A DNA stretch of 64,000 nucleotides from positions 633 to 64,632 of the forward strand of contig DASVDO010000016.1 in the NCBI GenBank assembly GCA_036381055.1, read 5' to 3'. The position numbers and the translations under genes are program-made. Numbering within the stretch: the first letter of the stretch is position 1; every line of letters starts with the position of its first letter. This document shows, one piece after another, positions 22,969 to 31,719 of this stretch. The stretch comes from Burkholderiales bacterium. Its GTDB lineage: Bacteria; Pseudomonadota; Gammaproteobacteria; Burkholderiales; SG8-39. Below the pieces are notes generated by a model that did no database searches, had not been told where the DNA came from, and saw nothing but the letters and a program-made list of their open reading frames with translations.

Positions 22969-24386
22969 GCCTGCTGCTCGAAGCCCTGAAGAAGGCCGAG
23001 AAGGCCAAGGAAGAGGCGCAGCGGCGCGCGAGCGCCGAGGCGCCGGCGGCGGCCGCCGCCCCGGCGGCAGCGCCGGCCGAGGCGAAGCCGGTGCTCACAC
23101 GCGACAAGCTGCCCGAGATCGCCGACGCGCCGCTCGAGATCGTGAGCGACGACCTGTCGCCGCCGCCCAGCCCGCGGCCCGAGCCGACGCTCGAGCCTCT
23201 CGAGCCGGCCCCCCGGCCCGCCCCCGCGGCGGCAGACGCCGTGCCGCGGCGCGGCGTGCCTCCCGCCGAGGACGGCTCGCGCGCCGCCGCGCGCAAGATG
23301 TTCGAGGCGAAGTTCCGGGAGCCCAACCCGCGCATGCCCTTCTACATCACGCTCGGCGTGCTCGGGCTGTTCGCGGTCGGCACGGTGATCTACTTCTGGT
23401 ACCAGCTTCGCCCGCCGGCGCCGCTCGTCAACCTCAACCCGCAGCGTCCGTCCGAGACTGCCGTCGCCGCGGCCGAGCCGGCCGCGGCGCCGCCGACACC
23501 CATCACGGCGGCACCGACGCCGACGGTGATTCCCGGCCTTCCCGCCGCGAGCCAGCCCTCCGCCGCGCCGTCTGCGCCGCCTGCTGCGCCTGCGGCCGCT
23601 GCCGCACCGGCAGCCGCGGCCGCTGCGCCGCGCGCCGCGCCTGGCGAGCCGAGCCGGGAAGAGCCGAAGCCCGCGGCGCGCCGCGAGGAGCCTAGGCTCG
23701 CGCCGCCCCGCGAGGAGCCGAAGCTCGCGCCGCGCCGGCCCGCGCGCCTCGCCGCCGCGCCCGCCGCGCCGCAGGCCGCCGCCGCGCCGCAGACGAGCGT
23801 GTCGCGCGGCGCTCCGCAAGTGAACCCGTACGTGGAATCGGGCTACGCCGCCTACGAGGCGGGCGACCTCGCGAAAGCGCGCGCCGACTACGAGCAGGCG
23901 CTGCGCGAGGAGCCGGCCAACCGCGACGCGCTGCTCGGCCTCGCGGCGCTCGACGTGCGCGCCGGCCGCTTCGAAGCCGCCGAGGCGCTCTACCTGCGGC
24001 TGCTGCAGGCCGACCCGCGCGATCCGCAGGCGCAGGCGGCGCTGCTCGCGCTGCGCGCCGGACGCGCCGACCCGCTCGCCACGGAAAGCCGGGTCAAGTC
24101 GCTGCTCGCCGCGCATCCGGACGCGCCGGCCCTCAACTTCACGCTCGGCAACCAGCTCGCGCAGCAACAGCGCTGGGCCGAGGCGCACGAGCACTATCTC
24201 AAGGCCTACCTCGCGGACCCGGACAACGCCGACTACGCTTACAACGTCGCGGTCAGCCTGGACCACCTGCACCGCGTTCCCGAGGCGCTCGACTACTACC
24301 GGCGCGCCGTCGCGCTCGCCGGCGCGCACGGCGCCGGCTTCGACCCGGCGGCCGCGCAGGCGCGGGCGAACCAGCTTGCCCGCTGA
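22965..24386 (+). CDS. Bitopic TPR-repeat protein with GspB/ExeB-like N-terminus (MshN-position protein)
   Basis: In-frame tail of ORF 21309..24386; the ATG at 22965 is in an ATGA overlap with the secretin stop. N-terminus MSLLLEALKKAEKAKEE, one TM segment (FYITLGVLGLFAVGTVIYFWY), a Pro/Ala-rich linker, then TPR-like repeats (AYEAGDLAKARADYEQALREEPANRDALLGLA...). Confidence 0.8.
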   Translation: MSLLLEALKKAEKAKEEAQRRASAEAPAAAAAPAAAPAEAKPVLTRDKLPEIADAPLEIVSDDLSPPPSPRPEPTLEPLEPAPRPAPAAADAVPRRGVPPAEDGSRAAARKMFEAKFREPNPRMPFYITLGVLGLFAVGTVIYFWYQLRPPAPLVNLNPQRPSETAVAAAEPAAAPPTPITAAPTPTVIPGLPAASQPSAAPSAPPAAPAAAAAPAAAAAAPRAAPGEPSREEPKPAARREEPRLAPPREEPKLAPRRPARLAAAPAAPQAAAAPQTSVSRGAPQVNPYVESGYAAYEAGDLAKARADYEQALREEPANRDALLGLAALDVRAGRFEAAEALYLRLLQADPRDPQAQAALLALRAGRADPLATESRVKSLLAAHPDAPALNFTLGNQLAQQQRWAEAHEHYLKAYLADPDNADYAYNVAVSLDHLHRVPEALDYYRRAVALAGAHGAGFDPAAAQARANQLAR

Positions 24387-26115
24387 AAAAAGAAAACCCG
24401 CCGCCGTGAACTCCCCGAGCAACCCTCAGGCGAAGCGCCATCTCGGCCAGATCCTGATCGACCAGGGCATCCTGACCGAGGACCAGCTGCGCATCGCGCT
24501 GCTCGAGCAGACGAAGCAACATGTGCCGGTCGGGCGGCTGCTGGTGCAGCTCGGCTTCGTCTCGGAGGCGACGCTGCGCGACGCGCTGTCCGAGAAGCTC
24601 GGCCTGCAGGCGGTCGACCTCGGGCGCATCATCGTCGACCCCGCGGCGCTCAAGCTCGTGCCGCGCGACATGGCGCGCCGCTACCGCGTGTTCCCGGTCG
24701 CGCTCGACCGCCAGCAGCGCAAGTTCATCGTCGCGCTGGCCGACACCAACAACATCGTCGCCATCGACCAGCTGCGCGCGCACCTGAAGGCCGACTTCGA
24801 GATCGAGCTGCGCATCGCCGGCGACTCCGAGATCGAGCGCGCCATCGAGCACTACTACGGCCACGAGTTCTCGATCGACGGCATCCTCAAGGAGATCGAG
24901 ACCGGCGAGGTCGACTACGCCTCGGTCGCCGAGGGCGACGAGTACTCGCAGCCGGTGGTGCGCCTCATCTCGGCGCTGCTCGCCGACGCGGTGGAGCGCG
25001 GCGCCTCCGACATCCACTTCGAGCCCGAGCAGAACTTCCTGCGCATCCGCTACCGCATCGACGGCGTGCTGCGCCAGATCCGCTCGCTGCACAAGACCTA
25101 CTGGCCGGCGATGGCGGTGCGCCTCAAGGTGATGGCCAAGATGAACATCGCCGAGACGCGCGCGCCGCAGGACGGGCGCATCTCGGCGACGCTCTCGGGC
25201 CGGGTGGTCGACTTCCGCGTCGCCAGCCTCCCCACCACGCACGGCGAGAACCTGGTGCTGCGGATCCTGGACCGGCAGAAGGGCATCGTGCCGCTCGATA
25301 AGCTGGGCCTCGAGGAGGCGCAGCTCGAGCTGCTCAAGCGCATGATCGCCCGCCCCGAGGGCATCATCCTGGTCACCGGCCCGACCGGCAGCGGCAAGAC
25401 CACCACGCTGTACTCGATCCTGAACCACATCAACTCCGACGGCGTGAACATCATGACGCTCGAGGACCCGGTCGAGTACCCGATGACGCTGATCCGCCAG
25501 ACCTCGGTGGCGGAGGCCGCCAAGCTCGACTTCGCCAACGGCATCCGCGCGCTGATGCGCCAGGACCCCGACGCGATCCTGGTGGGCGAGATCCGCGACC
25601 AGGAGACCGCCGAGATGGCGTTCCGCGCCGCGATGACCGGCCACCAGGTGTACTCGACGCTGCACACCAACTCGGCGGTCGGCGCCTTCCCGCGCCTGCT
25701 CGACATCGGCATCGTGCCCGACATCCTGGCGGGCAACATCATCGGCATCCTCGGCCAGCGCCTGGTGCGGCGCCTGTGCCGCGTCTGCCGCCAGTCCTAC
25801 GACCCGGACGCGCGCGAGCGGCGCCTGCTCGGCCTGACGCCGACCGAGCCGGCGGCGGTGTTCCGCGCGGTGGGCTGCGAGCAGTGCGACTACCAGGGCT
25901 ACAAGGGCCGCCAGTCGATCCTCGAGCTGCTCAAGGTGGACGCCGCGATCGACGAGCTGATCGCGCGGCGCGCCACCGCGCGCGAGATTCTCACCGCGGC
26001 GCGCGCCGGCGGCTTCAAGACGCTCGCCGACGACGGCGTGCGGCTGGTGCGCGCCGGGGTCACCTCGCTCGAGGAAGTGATGCGCGTGGTGGACCTGACC
26101 GACCGCATGGGCTGA
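24376..26115 (+). CDS. Type IV filament assembly ATPase (GspE/PilB/MshE family)
   Basis: Walker A GPTGSGKTT, Asp box, Walker B ILVGEIRD, His box, and tetracysteine CRVC...CEQC. Tandem T2SSE_N/MshEN-like repeats at the N-terminus. TTG start at 24376; alternative GTG at 24406. Confidence 0.92.
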   Translation: MPAEKRKPAAVNSPSNPQAKRHLGQILIDQGILTEDQLRIALLEQTKQHVPVGRLLVQLGFVSEATLRDALSEKLGLQAVDLGRIIVDPAALKLVPRDMARRYRVFPVALDRQQRKFIVALADTNNIVAIDQLRAHLKADFEIELRIAGDSEIERAIEHYYGHEFSIDGILKEIETGEVDYASVAEGDEYSQPVVRLISALLADAVERGASDIHFEPEQNFLRIRYRIDGVLRQIRSLHKTYWPAMAVRLKVMAKMNIAETRAPQDGRISATLSGRVVDFRVASLPTTHGENLVLRILDRQKGIVPLDKLGLEEAQLELLKRMIARPEGIILVTGPTGSGKTTTLYSILNHINSDGVNIMTLEDPVEYPMTLIRQTSVAEAAKLDFANGIRALMRQDPDAILVGEIRDQETAEMAFRAAMTGHQVYSTLHTNSAVGAFPRLLDIGIVPDILAGNIIGILGQRLVRRLCRVCRQSYDPDARERRLLGLTPTEPAAVFRAVGCEQCDYQGYKGRQSILELLKVDAAIDELIARRATAREILTAARAGGFKTLADDGVRLVRAGVTSLEEVMRVVDLTDRMG

Positions 26116-26125
26116 GGCGCGCGCC

Positions 26126-27328
26126 ATGCCGCTCTTCACCTACAAGGCCATCGACGCGCGCGGCAAGAGCGTGATCGGCCGGGTCGAGGCGGTGAACCTG
26201 TTCGACCTCGAGCAGCGCCTCGCGCGCATGGACCTCGACCTGATCAGCGGCGCGCCGTCGCGGCAGAAGACGCGCCTACTGGGCGGCGGGGTGACGCGCA
26301 AGGATCTGATCAACTTCTGCTTCCACCTCGAGCAGCTCGCCACCGCGGGCGTGCCGCTGATCGACGGGCTGGTCGACCTGCGCGAGAGCCTGGAGAACCC
26401 GCGCTTCCGCGAGGTGGTGTCGGGGCTGATCGAGGCGATCGAGGGCGGGCGCAGCCTGTCGCAGGCGCTCGCCGAGTTCCCCGAGGTGTTCAGCAAGGTG
26501 TTCATCAGCCTGGTGCGCTCGGGCGAGCAGACCGGCCGGCTGCCCGAGGTGCTGAAGAGCCTCACCGAGTCGCTGAAGTGGGAGGACGAGCTCGCCGCGC
26601 AGACCAAGAAGCTGATCATGTACCCGGCGTTCGTCGGCGGCATCGTGCTGCTGGTGACCTTCTTCCTGATGATCTACCTCGTGCCGCAGATGACCGGCTT
26701 CATCCGCAACATGGGGCAGGCGATCCCGCTGCAGACGCGCATCCTGATCGCGGTGTCGGACGTGTTCGTCAACTACTGGTGGGCGATCATCGCCGCGCCG
26801 TTCCTCGCCTGGTTCGGCGTGCGGCTCGCGGCGCGCGCCAACCCGGCGGTCGAGTACGCGCTCGACCGCTACCGCATCACCCTGCCGGTGGTCGGCCCGA
26901 TCCTGCGCAAGATCATCCTGTCGCGCTTCGCCTCGAGCTTCGCCATGATGTACGCCTCGGGCATCACCGTGCTCGACGCGATCCGCAGCTGCGAGGAGAT
27001 CGTCGGCAACAAGGCGCTCGAGCAGGCGCTGCGCAGCGCCGGCCAGCAGATCGCCGACGGCAAGAACCTGACCGCGGCGTTCCAGGAGCTCGAGCTCTTC
27101 CCGCCGCTGGTGATCCGCATGCTGCGCATCGGCGAGAACACCGGCGCACTCGACACCGCGCTGCTCAACGTCAGCTACTTCTACAACCGCGAGGTGCGCG
27201 AGGCGATCGGCCGGCTGCAGGCGATGATCGAGCCGGCGCTCACCGTGGTGCTGGGGCTGGTGCTCGGCTGGGTGATGCTGGCCGTGCTCGGGCCGGTGTA
27301 CGACGCGATCTCCAAGATGAAGTTCTGA
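26126..27328 (+). CDS. Type IV filament platform protein (GspF/PilC/MshG family)
   Basis: 400 aa, MPLFTYKAIDARGKSVIGRVEA..., with two GspF repeats (LVRSGEQTGRLPEVL and MLRIGENTGALDTAL). Confidence 0.92.
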   Translation: MPLFTYKAIDARGKSVIGRVEAVNLFDLEQRLARMDLDLISGAPSRQKTRLLGGGVTRKDLINFCFHLEQLATAGVPLIDGLVDLRESLENPRFREVVSGLIEAIEGGRSLSQALAEFPEVFSKVFISLVRSGEQTGRLPEVLKSLTESLKWEDELAAQTKKLIMYPAFVGGIVLLVTFFLMIYLVPQMTGFIRNMGQAIPLQTRILIAVSDVFVNYWWAIIAAPFLAWFGVRLAARANPAVEYALDRYRITLPVVGPILRKIILSRFASSFAMMYASGITVLDAIRSCEEIVGNKALEQALRSAGQQIADGKNLTAAFQELELFPPLVIRMLRIGENTGALDTALLNVSYFYNREVREAIGRLQAMIEPALTVVLGLVLGWVMLAVLGPVYDAISKMKF

Positions 27329-27330
27329 CC

Positions 27331-28866
27331 ATGGCCGCGCAGCGCCTGCTCTACTTCACGGCCGAGGACCACGCGCTCTACCGGCGCGCCGGCGGCCGCC
27401 TCGAGCTCGAGGCGAGGTATCCCGGCGACGAGCTGGGCCTCGCGCAGTTCCGCGACTACCTGCGCGGCCAGCGCGGCGCGCTGTTCTCGGTGGTGGCCGA
27501 CCTCGCCGGCGAGGACTTCCACGAGGAGCAGGTGCCGTTCGTGCGCGGCGCGGACCGCGAGGCGGTGATCGCGCGCCGCCTCGCGCAGCGCTACCGCGAC
27601 ACGCGGCTCGCCACGGTGCTGTCGCTCGGCCAGGTGGTGGCCGGCGAGCGGCGCAACGAGCGGCTGCTGCTCGCCTCGTTCACCAACACGCAGCAGCTCG
27701 CGCCCTGGCTCGACGCGCTCGACGAGGCGCGCGTGCGCCTCTCGGGCGTGTACTCGGTGCCGCTGCTCGCGCCGGCGCTCGCCGCGGCGGTGCACGCGCG
27801 CGACGCGCGGCTGCTGCTCGTCACGGCGAACCGCGCCGGGCTGCGCCAGTGCTACATCGAGCGCGGCCGGCTGCGCTTCGCCCGCCTCGAGCGCACGGTG
27901 GACATGGTGCCGCAGGCGCTCGCCATGTTCGTGCGCTCCGAGACCCAGCGCCTCGCCCAGTACCTGGTGACGCTGCGCGCGCTGCCGCGCGACGGCGCGC
28001 CGGTGCAGGTGCTGGTGATCGCGCCGCCCGGGCAGCGCGCGGTGTTCGAGCAGGCGCTGCAGTCGGACAACCGGCTGCTGTTCCGCACGCTCGACTACGC
28101 CGAGGCGCTGCGCGGCGTGAAGCTGCGCCAGGCGCCGCAGGGCGCGGGCGCCGAGGCGCTCTACCTGCACCTCGCGGCGCGCAAGCCGCCGCGCGAGCAG
28201 TTCGCGAGCCGCGACGACCGCCGGCGCTACTTCATCTGGCAGCTGCAGCGCGGCACGGTGGCCGCCGGCGCGCTGGCGTTCGCCGCCTGCGCCCTGGTGG
28301 CGGGCGGGCGCTGGCTCGAGGCGATGCAGCTGCGCAGCGACGCCGCGGCCGAGCTCGCGCGCGCGCGCGACGCGGCGCGCCAGTACGAGAGCATCACCGC
28401 CGCCTTCCCGGTGACCGAGACCACCACCGAGAACCTGAAGGCCACGGTGGTCGAGTTCCTGCGCATCGCCCAGCACAGCGCGACGCCGGATCGCGCCTTC
28501 GTGCACGTCTCGCACGTGCTCGCGCGCTTTCCGCAGGTCGAGCTCGACGCCATCCGCTGGAGCCACGGCCGCGCGGGCGAGCGGCGCGCCGGCGCCCAGG
28601 CGGCCGGGCCGGCGACCCCCGAAGGCGCGGTGATCGTCGAGCTGATGGGCCGCGTCAACGCCACGCAGCGCAACGACTACCGCGGCATCACCGCGCAGGT
28701 GCAGGAGCTCGCCTCCGCGCTGGTCGGCGCCGGCTACGAGCTGGTGCGCACCGAGCTGCCGTTCGACGTCACCTCGGAGGGCACGCTGACCGGCGACATC
28801 GGCAGCCGCGCCGAGGGCGGCGAGGCACCGCGCTTCACCATCGTGCTCGCGCGGAGGCTGCCGTGA
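27331..28866 (+). CDS. PilM-like/PilN-like fusion assembly protein (MshI-type architecture)
   Basis: In-frame tail of ORF 26578..28866 from ATG 27331 (MAAQRLLYFTAEDHALY). About 330 aa of cytoplasmic domain, one TM segment (YFIWQLQRGTVAAGALAFAACALVAGG), then a periplasmic coiled-coil plus alpha-beta domain. Assigned by architecture and context; I recognised no strong motif. Confidence 0.6.
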   Translation: MAAQRLLYFTAEDHALYRRAGGRLELEARYPGDELGLAQFRDYLRGQRGALFSVVADLAGEDFHEEQVPFVRGADREAVIARRLAQRYRDTRLATVLSLGQVVAGERRNERLLLASFTNTQQLAPWLDALDEARVRLSGVYSVPLLAPALAAAVHARDARLLLVTANRAGLRQCYIERGRLRFARLERTVDMVPQALAMFVRSETQRLAQYLVTLRALPRDGAPVQVLVIAPPGQRAVFEQALQSDNRLLFRTLDYAEALRGVKLRQAPQGAGAEALYLHLAARKPPREQFASRDDRRRYFIWQLQRGTVAAGALAFAACALVAGGRWLEAMQLRSDAAAELARARDAARQYESITAAFPVTETTTENLKATVVEFLRIAQHSATPDRAFVHVSHVLARFPQVELDAIRWSHGRAGERRAGAQAAGPATPEGAVIVELMGRVNATQRNDYRGITAQVQELASALVGAGYELVRTELPFDVTSEGTLTGDIGSRAEGGEAPRFTIVLARRLP

Positions 28867-29471
28867 GGCTGACGCGCGACGAGCTGAAGCGGCTGCTCGC
28901 GCCGCTCGCCATCGCCGCGGCGGCGCTCGCCGCGGGCGCCGCGCTGCTGTGGAGCGCCGGGCAGACGCTCGAGGCGGCCGAGCGCGCGCGGCGCGCCGCC
29001 GCCGCGGAGCTGAAGCAGAACACCGAGCGCCTGGCGCGCATCGCCGAGGAAGAGCGCGAAGTGCGGCAGAAGCTCGACGTCTACCAGCGGCTCAAGCAGC
29101 TGCACATCGTCGGCGAGGAGAACCGGCTGGAATGGGCCGACGCCATCGCGCGCATCCGCGCCGAGCGCGAGCTGCTCGACCTGCGCTACGTGATCGAGCG
29201 CCAGAAGCTGCTCGTCTCCCTGCCGGGCAAGCCGGCGAGCGTCGACTTCCACGCGAGCACCATGCGCGTCGACCTGGCGCTGCTGCACGAGGAGGACCTG
29301 CTGCGCTTCCTCGCCGACCTGCGCGAGGCGGGGTACGCCTACTACGCGGTGCGCGGCTGCGAGGTGCGGCGCACCGGCCAGGCCGCCGCCGGCGCGACGA
29401 TCACCCCGCGCCTGCGCGCGAGCTGCGAGATCGACCTGATCACCATCCGCGACCGGGCGGCCAAGCGATGA
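28863..29471 (+). CDS. PilO/MshJ-like bitopic assembly protein
   Basis: GTG 28863 in a GTGA overlap. N-terminal TM segment (LAPLAIAAAALAAGAALLW), then a long coiled coil and a small C-terminal domain. Assigned by architecture and operon position. Confidence 0.55.
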   Translation: MRLTRDELKRLLAPLAIAAAALAAGAALLWSAGQTLEAAERARRAAAAELKQNTERLARIAEEEREVRQKLDVYQRLKQLHIVGEENRLEWADAIARIRAERELLDLRYVIERQKLLVSLPGKPASVDFHASTMRVDLALLHEEDLLRFLADLREAGYAYYAVRGCEVRRTGQAAAGATITPRLRASCEIDLITIRDRAAKR

Positions 29472-29893
29472 TCCGCCTGCTCGCGCTGACGCTCGCCCTC
29501 GCCTGCGCCGCCCCGGCAGGGGCCGCCGAGCCGCTCGGGCGCCTGTTCTTCACGCCCGAGCAGCGCGCCGCGCTCGACGCGCGGCGCAAGGCGCGCGTGC
29601 CCGACAAGCCGGCGGCGGTGGTGATCGCCTCGCCGGTGACGCGCATCGACGGCTACGTGAAGCGCTCGCAGGGCCCCTCCACGGTATGGATGAACGGCGA
29701 GTCGCTCACCGCGGGCGGCGCCGACGCGCCGCATATCCAGGGCGCCACGGGCACGGTGTCGGTCAACGTCGGCGACGGCGGCCGGCGCGTGCAGCTCAAG
29801 CCCGGCGAGTCGCTCGACCGCGGCAGCGGCGAAGTGAAGGACGTGATCGGCGACGGCGAGATCGAGGTGCGCCGCCGCCCGGGCGCGCGATGA
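29468..29893 (+). CDS. Small secreted/periplasmic protein of the pilus operon (MshK/PilP position; function unassigned)
   Basis: ATG 29468 in an ATGA overlap. Signal peptide MIRLLALTLALACAAPAGAAEP, 141 aa, with the motif RLFFTPEQRAALDARR. Confidence 0.5.
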   Translation: MIRLLALTLALACAAPAGAAEPLGRLFFTPEQRAALDARRKARVPDKPAAVVIASPVTRIDGYVKRSQGPSTVWMNGESLTAGGADAPHIQGATGTVSVNVGDGGRRVQLKPGESLDRGSGEVKDVIGDGEIEVRRRPGAR

Positions 29894-31719
29894 GGCGCCG
29901 CGGCGCGCAGAGCGGCGCGGCTCTGCTGCTGCTCGTCACCATCGTGGTGATCGCCTTCACCACGGTGATCGTGCGCGGCTTCGGCAAGTGGGCCGCGGCG
30001 GGCACCGCCAGCCGCAACGTGAACGGCGAGGTGCTGGCGCTCGCCAAGGCGGCGCTGATCGGCCACGTGGCGAAGCAGGCGCTCGACTTCGACGAGGACG
30101 TTCCCGGCCGCCTGCCCTGCCCCGAGTCGCCGGCGCTCGCCGGCACGAGCGGCGAGGGCGTCGCCGCGGCCACCTGCTCGAAGACCGCGGGCACGCAGAA
30201 GACGCTCGGCCGCCTGCCCTGGCGCACCCTGGGCATCGACAAGCTCACCGACGCGGCGGGCGAGCCGCTCTGGTACGCCGTGTCGCAGGACTGGGTCACC
30301 ACCGGCGGCGGTCCGCCGACGATCAACGCCGGCACCGCCGGCAGCCTGTCCTTCGACGGCACCGGCAACGTGGTGGCGGTGATCTTCGCGCCCGGCCGCG
30401 CCATCGCCACCAACCCGTCGGCGGCGCAGATCGCGGCCGGCTGCGCCGCGCGCAACCAGCGCCGGGGCGACCGCAGCCACGTGCCGACGAGCAGCGCCGA
30501 CCCGGACTATCGCGACTACCTGGAGTGCCAGAACGCCAGCTCGCCCCTCGACGACACGTTCGGCGTGGCGGTCGCCGACGAGGCGACGAGCGAGGTGATC
30601 AACGACCAGGCGGTGCTGATCACCGCGGCGGACATCCTCAACGCCATCCAGGGGCCGCTCGCCGAGCGCCTGCAGCGCACGGTGGCGCCGCTGCTCAGCG
30701 AATACGGCGACCAGTGGATCGGCGGCGGCAAGTTCCTGCCCTACGCCGTGGCGTTCACGCCGCCGGAGAGCGGGCTTCCCGGCGACGCGCACTGCGGCCC
30801 GAGCGGCGGCGCCCAGCAGACCGAGGGGCTGCTGCCGGTCGCGGCGAACGTCGCGCCTTGCGCGTCGGGCTGGACCGGCGACTTCAGCGGCGACGGCATC
30901 GAGGCGCTCGGCTGCGACACCGGCTCGCCGGTGAACTGCTCGTTCCGCTACTTCCGCCTCAACTTCCTCGGCCAGCTGCTGCTCGGCATCACCGGCACGC
31001 CGACCCTGACCGCCACGCTCTCGGTCAGCGCGCCGCACGCGGCGGCAAGCTTCCGCTCCAAGACCGTGCAATCGCTCTCCGACGTCTCGGTGAGCACGGG
31101 CGCGGCGACGCTCGGCGGCTTCAGCATCGCGCCGCAGACCGACGGCGACGTCGACCTGACGCTCACCGCGACGGTGACCTCGACCAACCTGTGCCGCGAC
31201 AGTCTGCTCGGCGGTCTCACGTGCCTGGTCGTGTCGACGCTCGGCCTGGCGAACGCGCAGACGGTCACCGTGACCTTCCCGCAGCTCGGCACGCCGAGCC
31301 TCGCGGGCAGCAAGCTCACCAGCGCGGCGAAGAACGGCACCACCGGTCCCTACGATCTGCTCTCCCCGGCGGCCGGCGAGCCGCACTACTGGTTCATGCG
31401 CAACCAGTGGTACCGCTACACCTATTACGCGGTCGCCCCCGACGCCACGGCGGCGCAGTCGGGCGGCACCCTGACGGTGAACCGCTTCCCGACCGCCTAC
31501 GGCGCGAACAGCGACAAGCGCTTCGTGCTCGCGCTGATGGGCCCGGCGCTCGCCGGCCAGTCGCGCTCGGCGACCGCCGCGCTCGGCGAGTACGTCGAAG
31601 GCGACAACGCCGCGGCCGGCGCCTCGCCGCGCGAGTTCGCCTACCAGGTGTTCGCCGACGCGGGCAACGACCGCCTCGCCACCTGTCCCTTCGGCGTCGG
31701 ATCGTCGGTCTGTGACTAG
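29890..31719 (+). CDS. Large (609 aa) pseudopilin-like protein, GspK/MshP-type hydrophobic N-terminus without the GFTLxE prepilin motif; candidate tip/adhesin subunit
   Basis: ATG 29890 in an ATGA overlap. N-terminus MRRRGAQSGAALLLLVTIVVIAFTTVIV. It shares GRLPCP, LPxxTLG, YAV and VVAVxFxPG blocks with the adjacent minor pilin. Cys- and Gly/Thr-rich middle region. Confidence 0.6.
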   Translation: MRRRGAQSGAALLLLVTIVVIAFTTVIVRGFGKWAAAGTASRNVNGEVLALAKAALIGHVAKQALDFDEDVPGRLPCPESPALAGTSGEGVAAATCSKTAGTQKTLGRLPWRTLGIDKLTDAAGEPLWYAVSQDWVTTGGGPPTINAGTAGSLSFDGTGNVVAVIFAPGRAIATNPSAAQIAAGCAARNQRRGDRSHVPTSSADPDYRDYLECQNASSPLDDTFGVAVADEATSEVINDQAVLITAADILNAIQGPLAERLQRTVAPLLSEYGDQWIGGGKFLPYAVAFTPPESGLPGDAHCGPSGGAQQTEGLLPVAANVAPCASGWTGDFSGDGIEALGCDTGSPVNCSFRYFRLNFLGQLLLGITGTPTLTATLSVSAPHAAASFRSKTVQSLSDVSVSTGAATLGGFSIAPQTDGDVDLTLTATVTSTNLCRDSLLGGLTCLVVSTLGLANAQTVTVTFPQLGTPSLAGSKLTSAAKNGTTGPYDLLSPAAGEPHYWFMRNQWYRYTYYAVAPDATAAQSGGTLTVNRFPTAYGANSDKRFVLALMGPALAGQSRSATAALGEYVEGDNAAAGASPREFAYQVFADAGNDRLATCPFGVGSSVCD

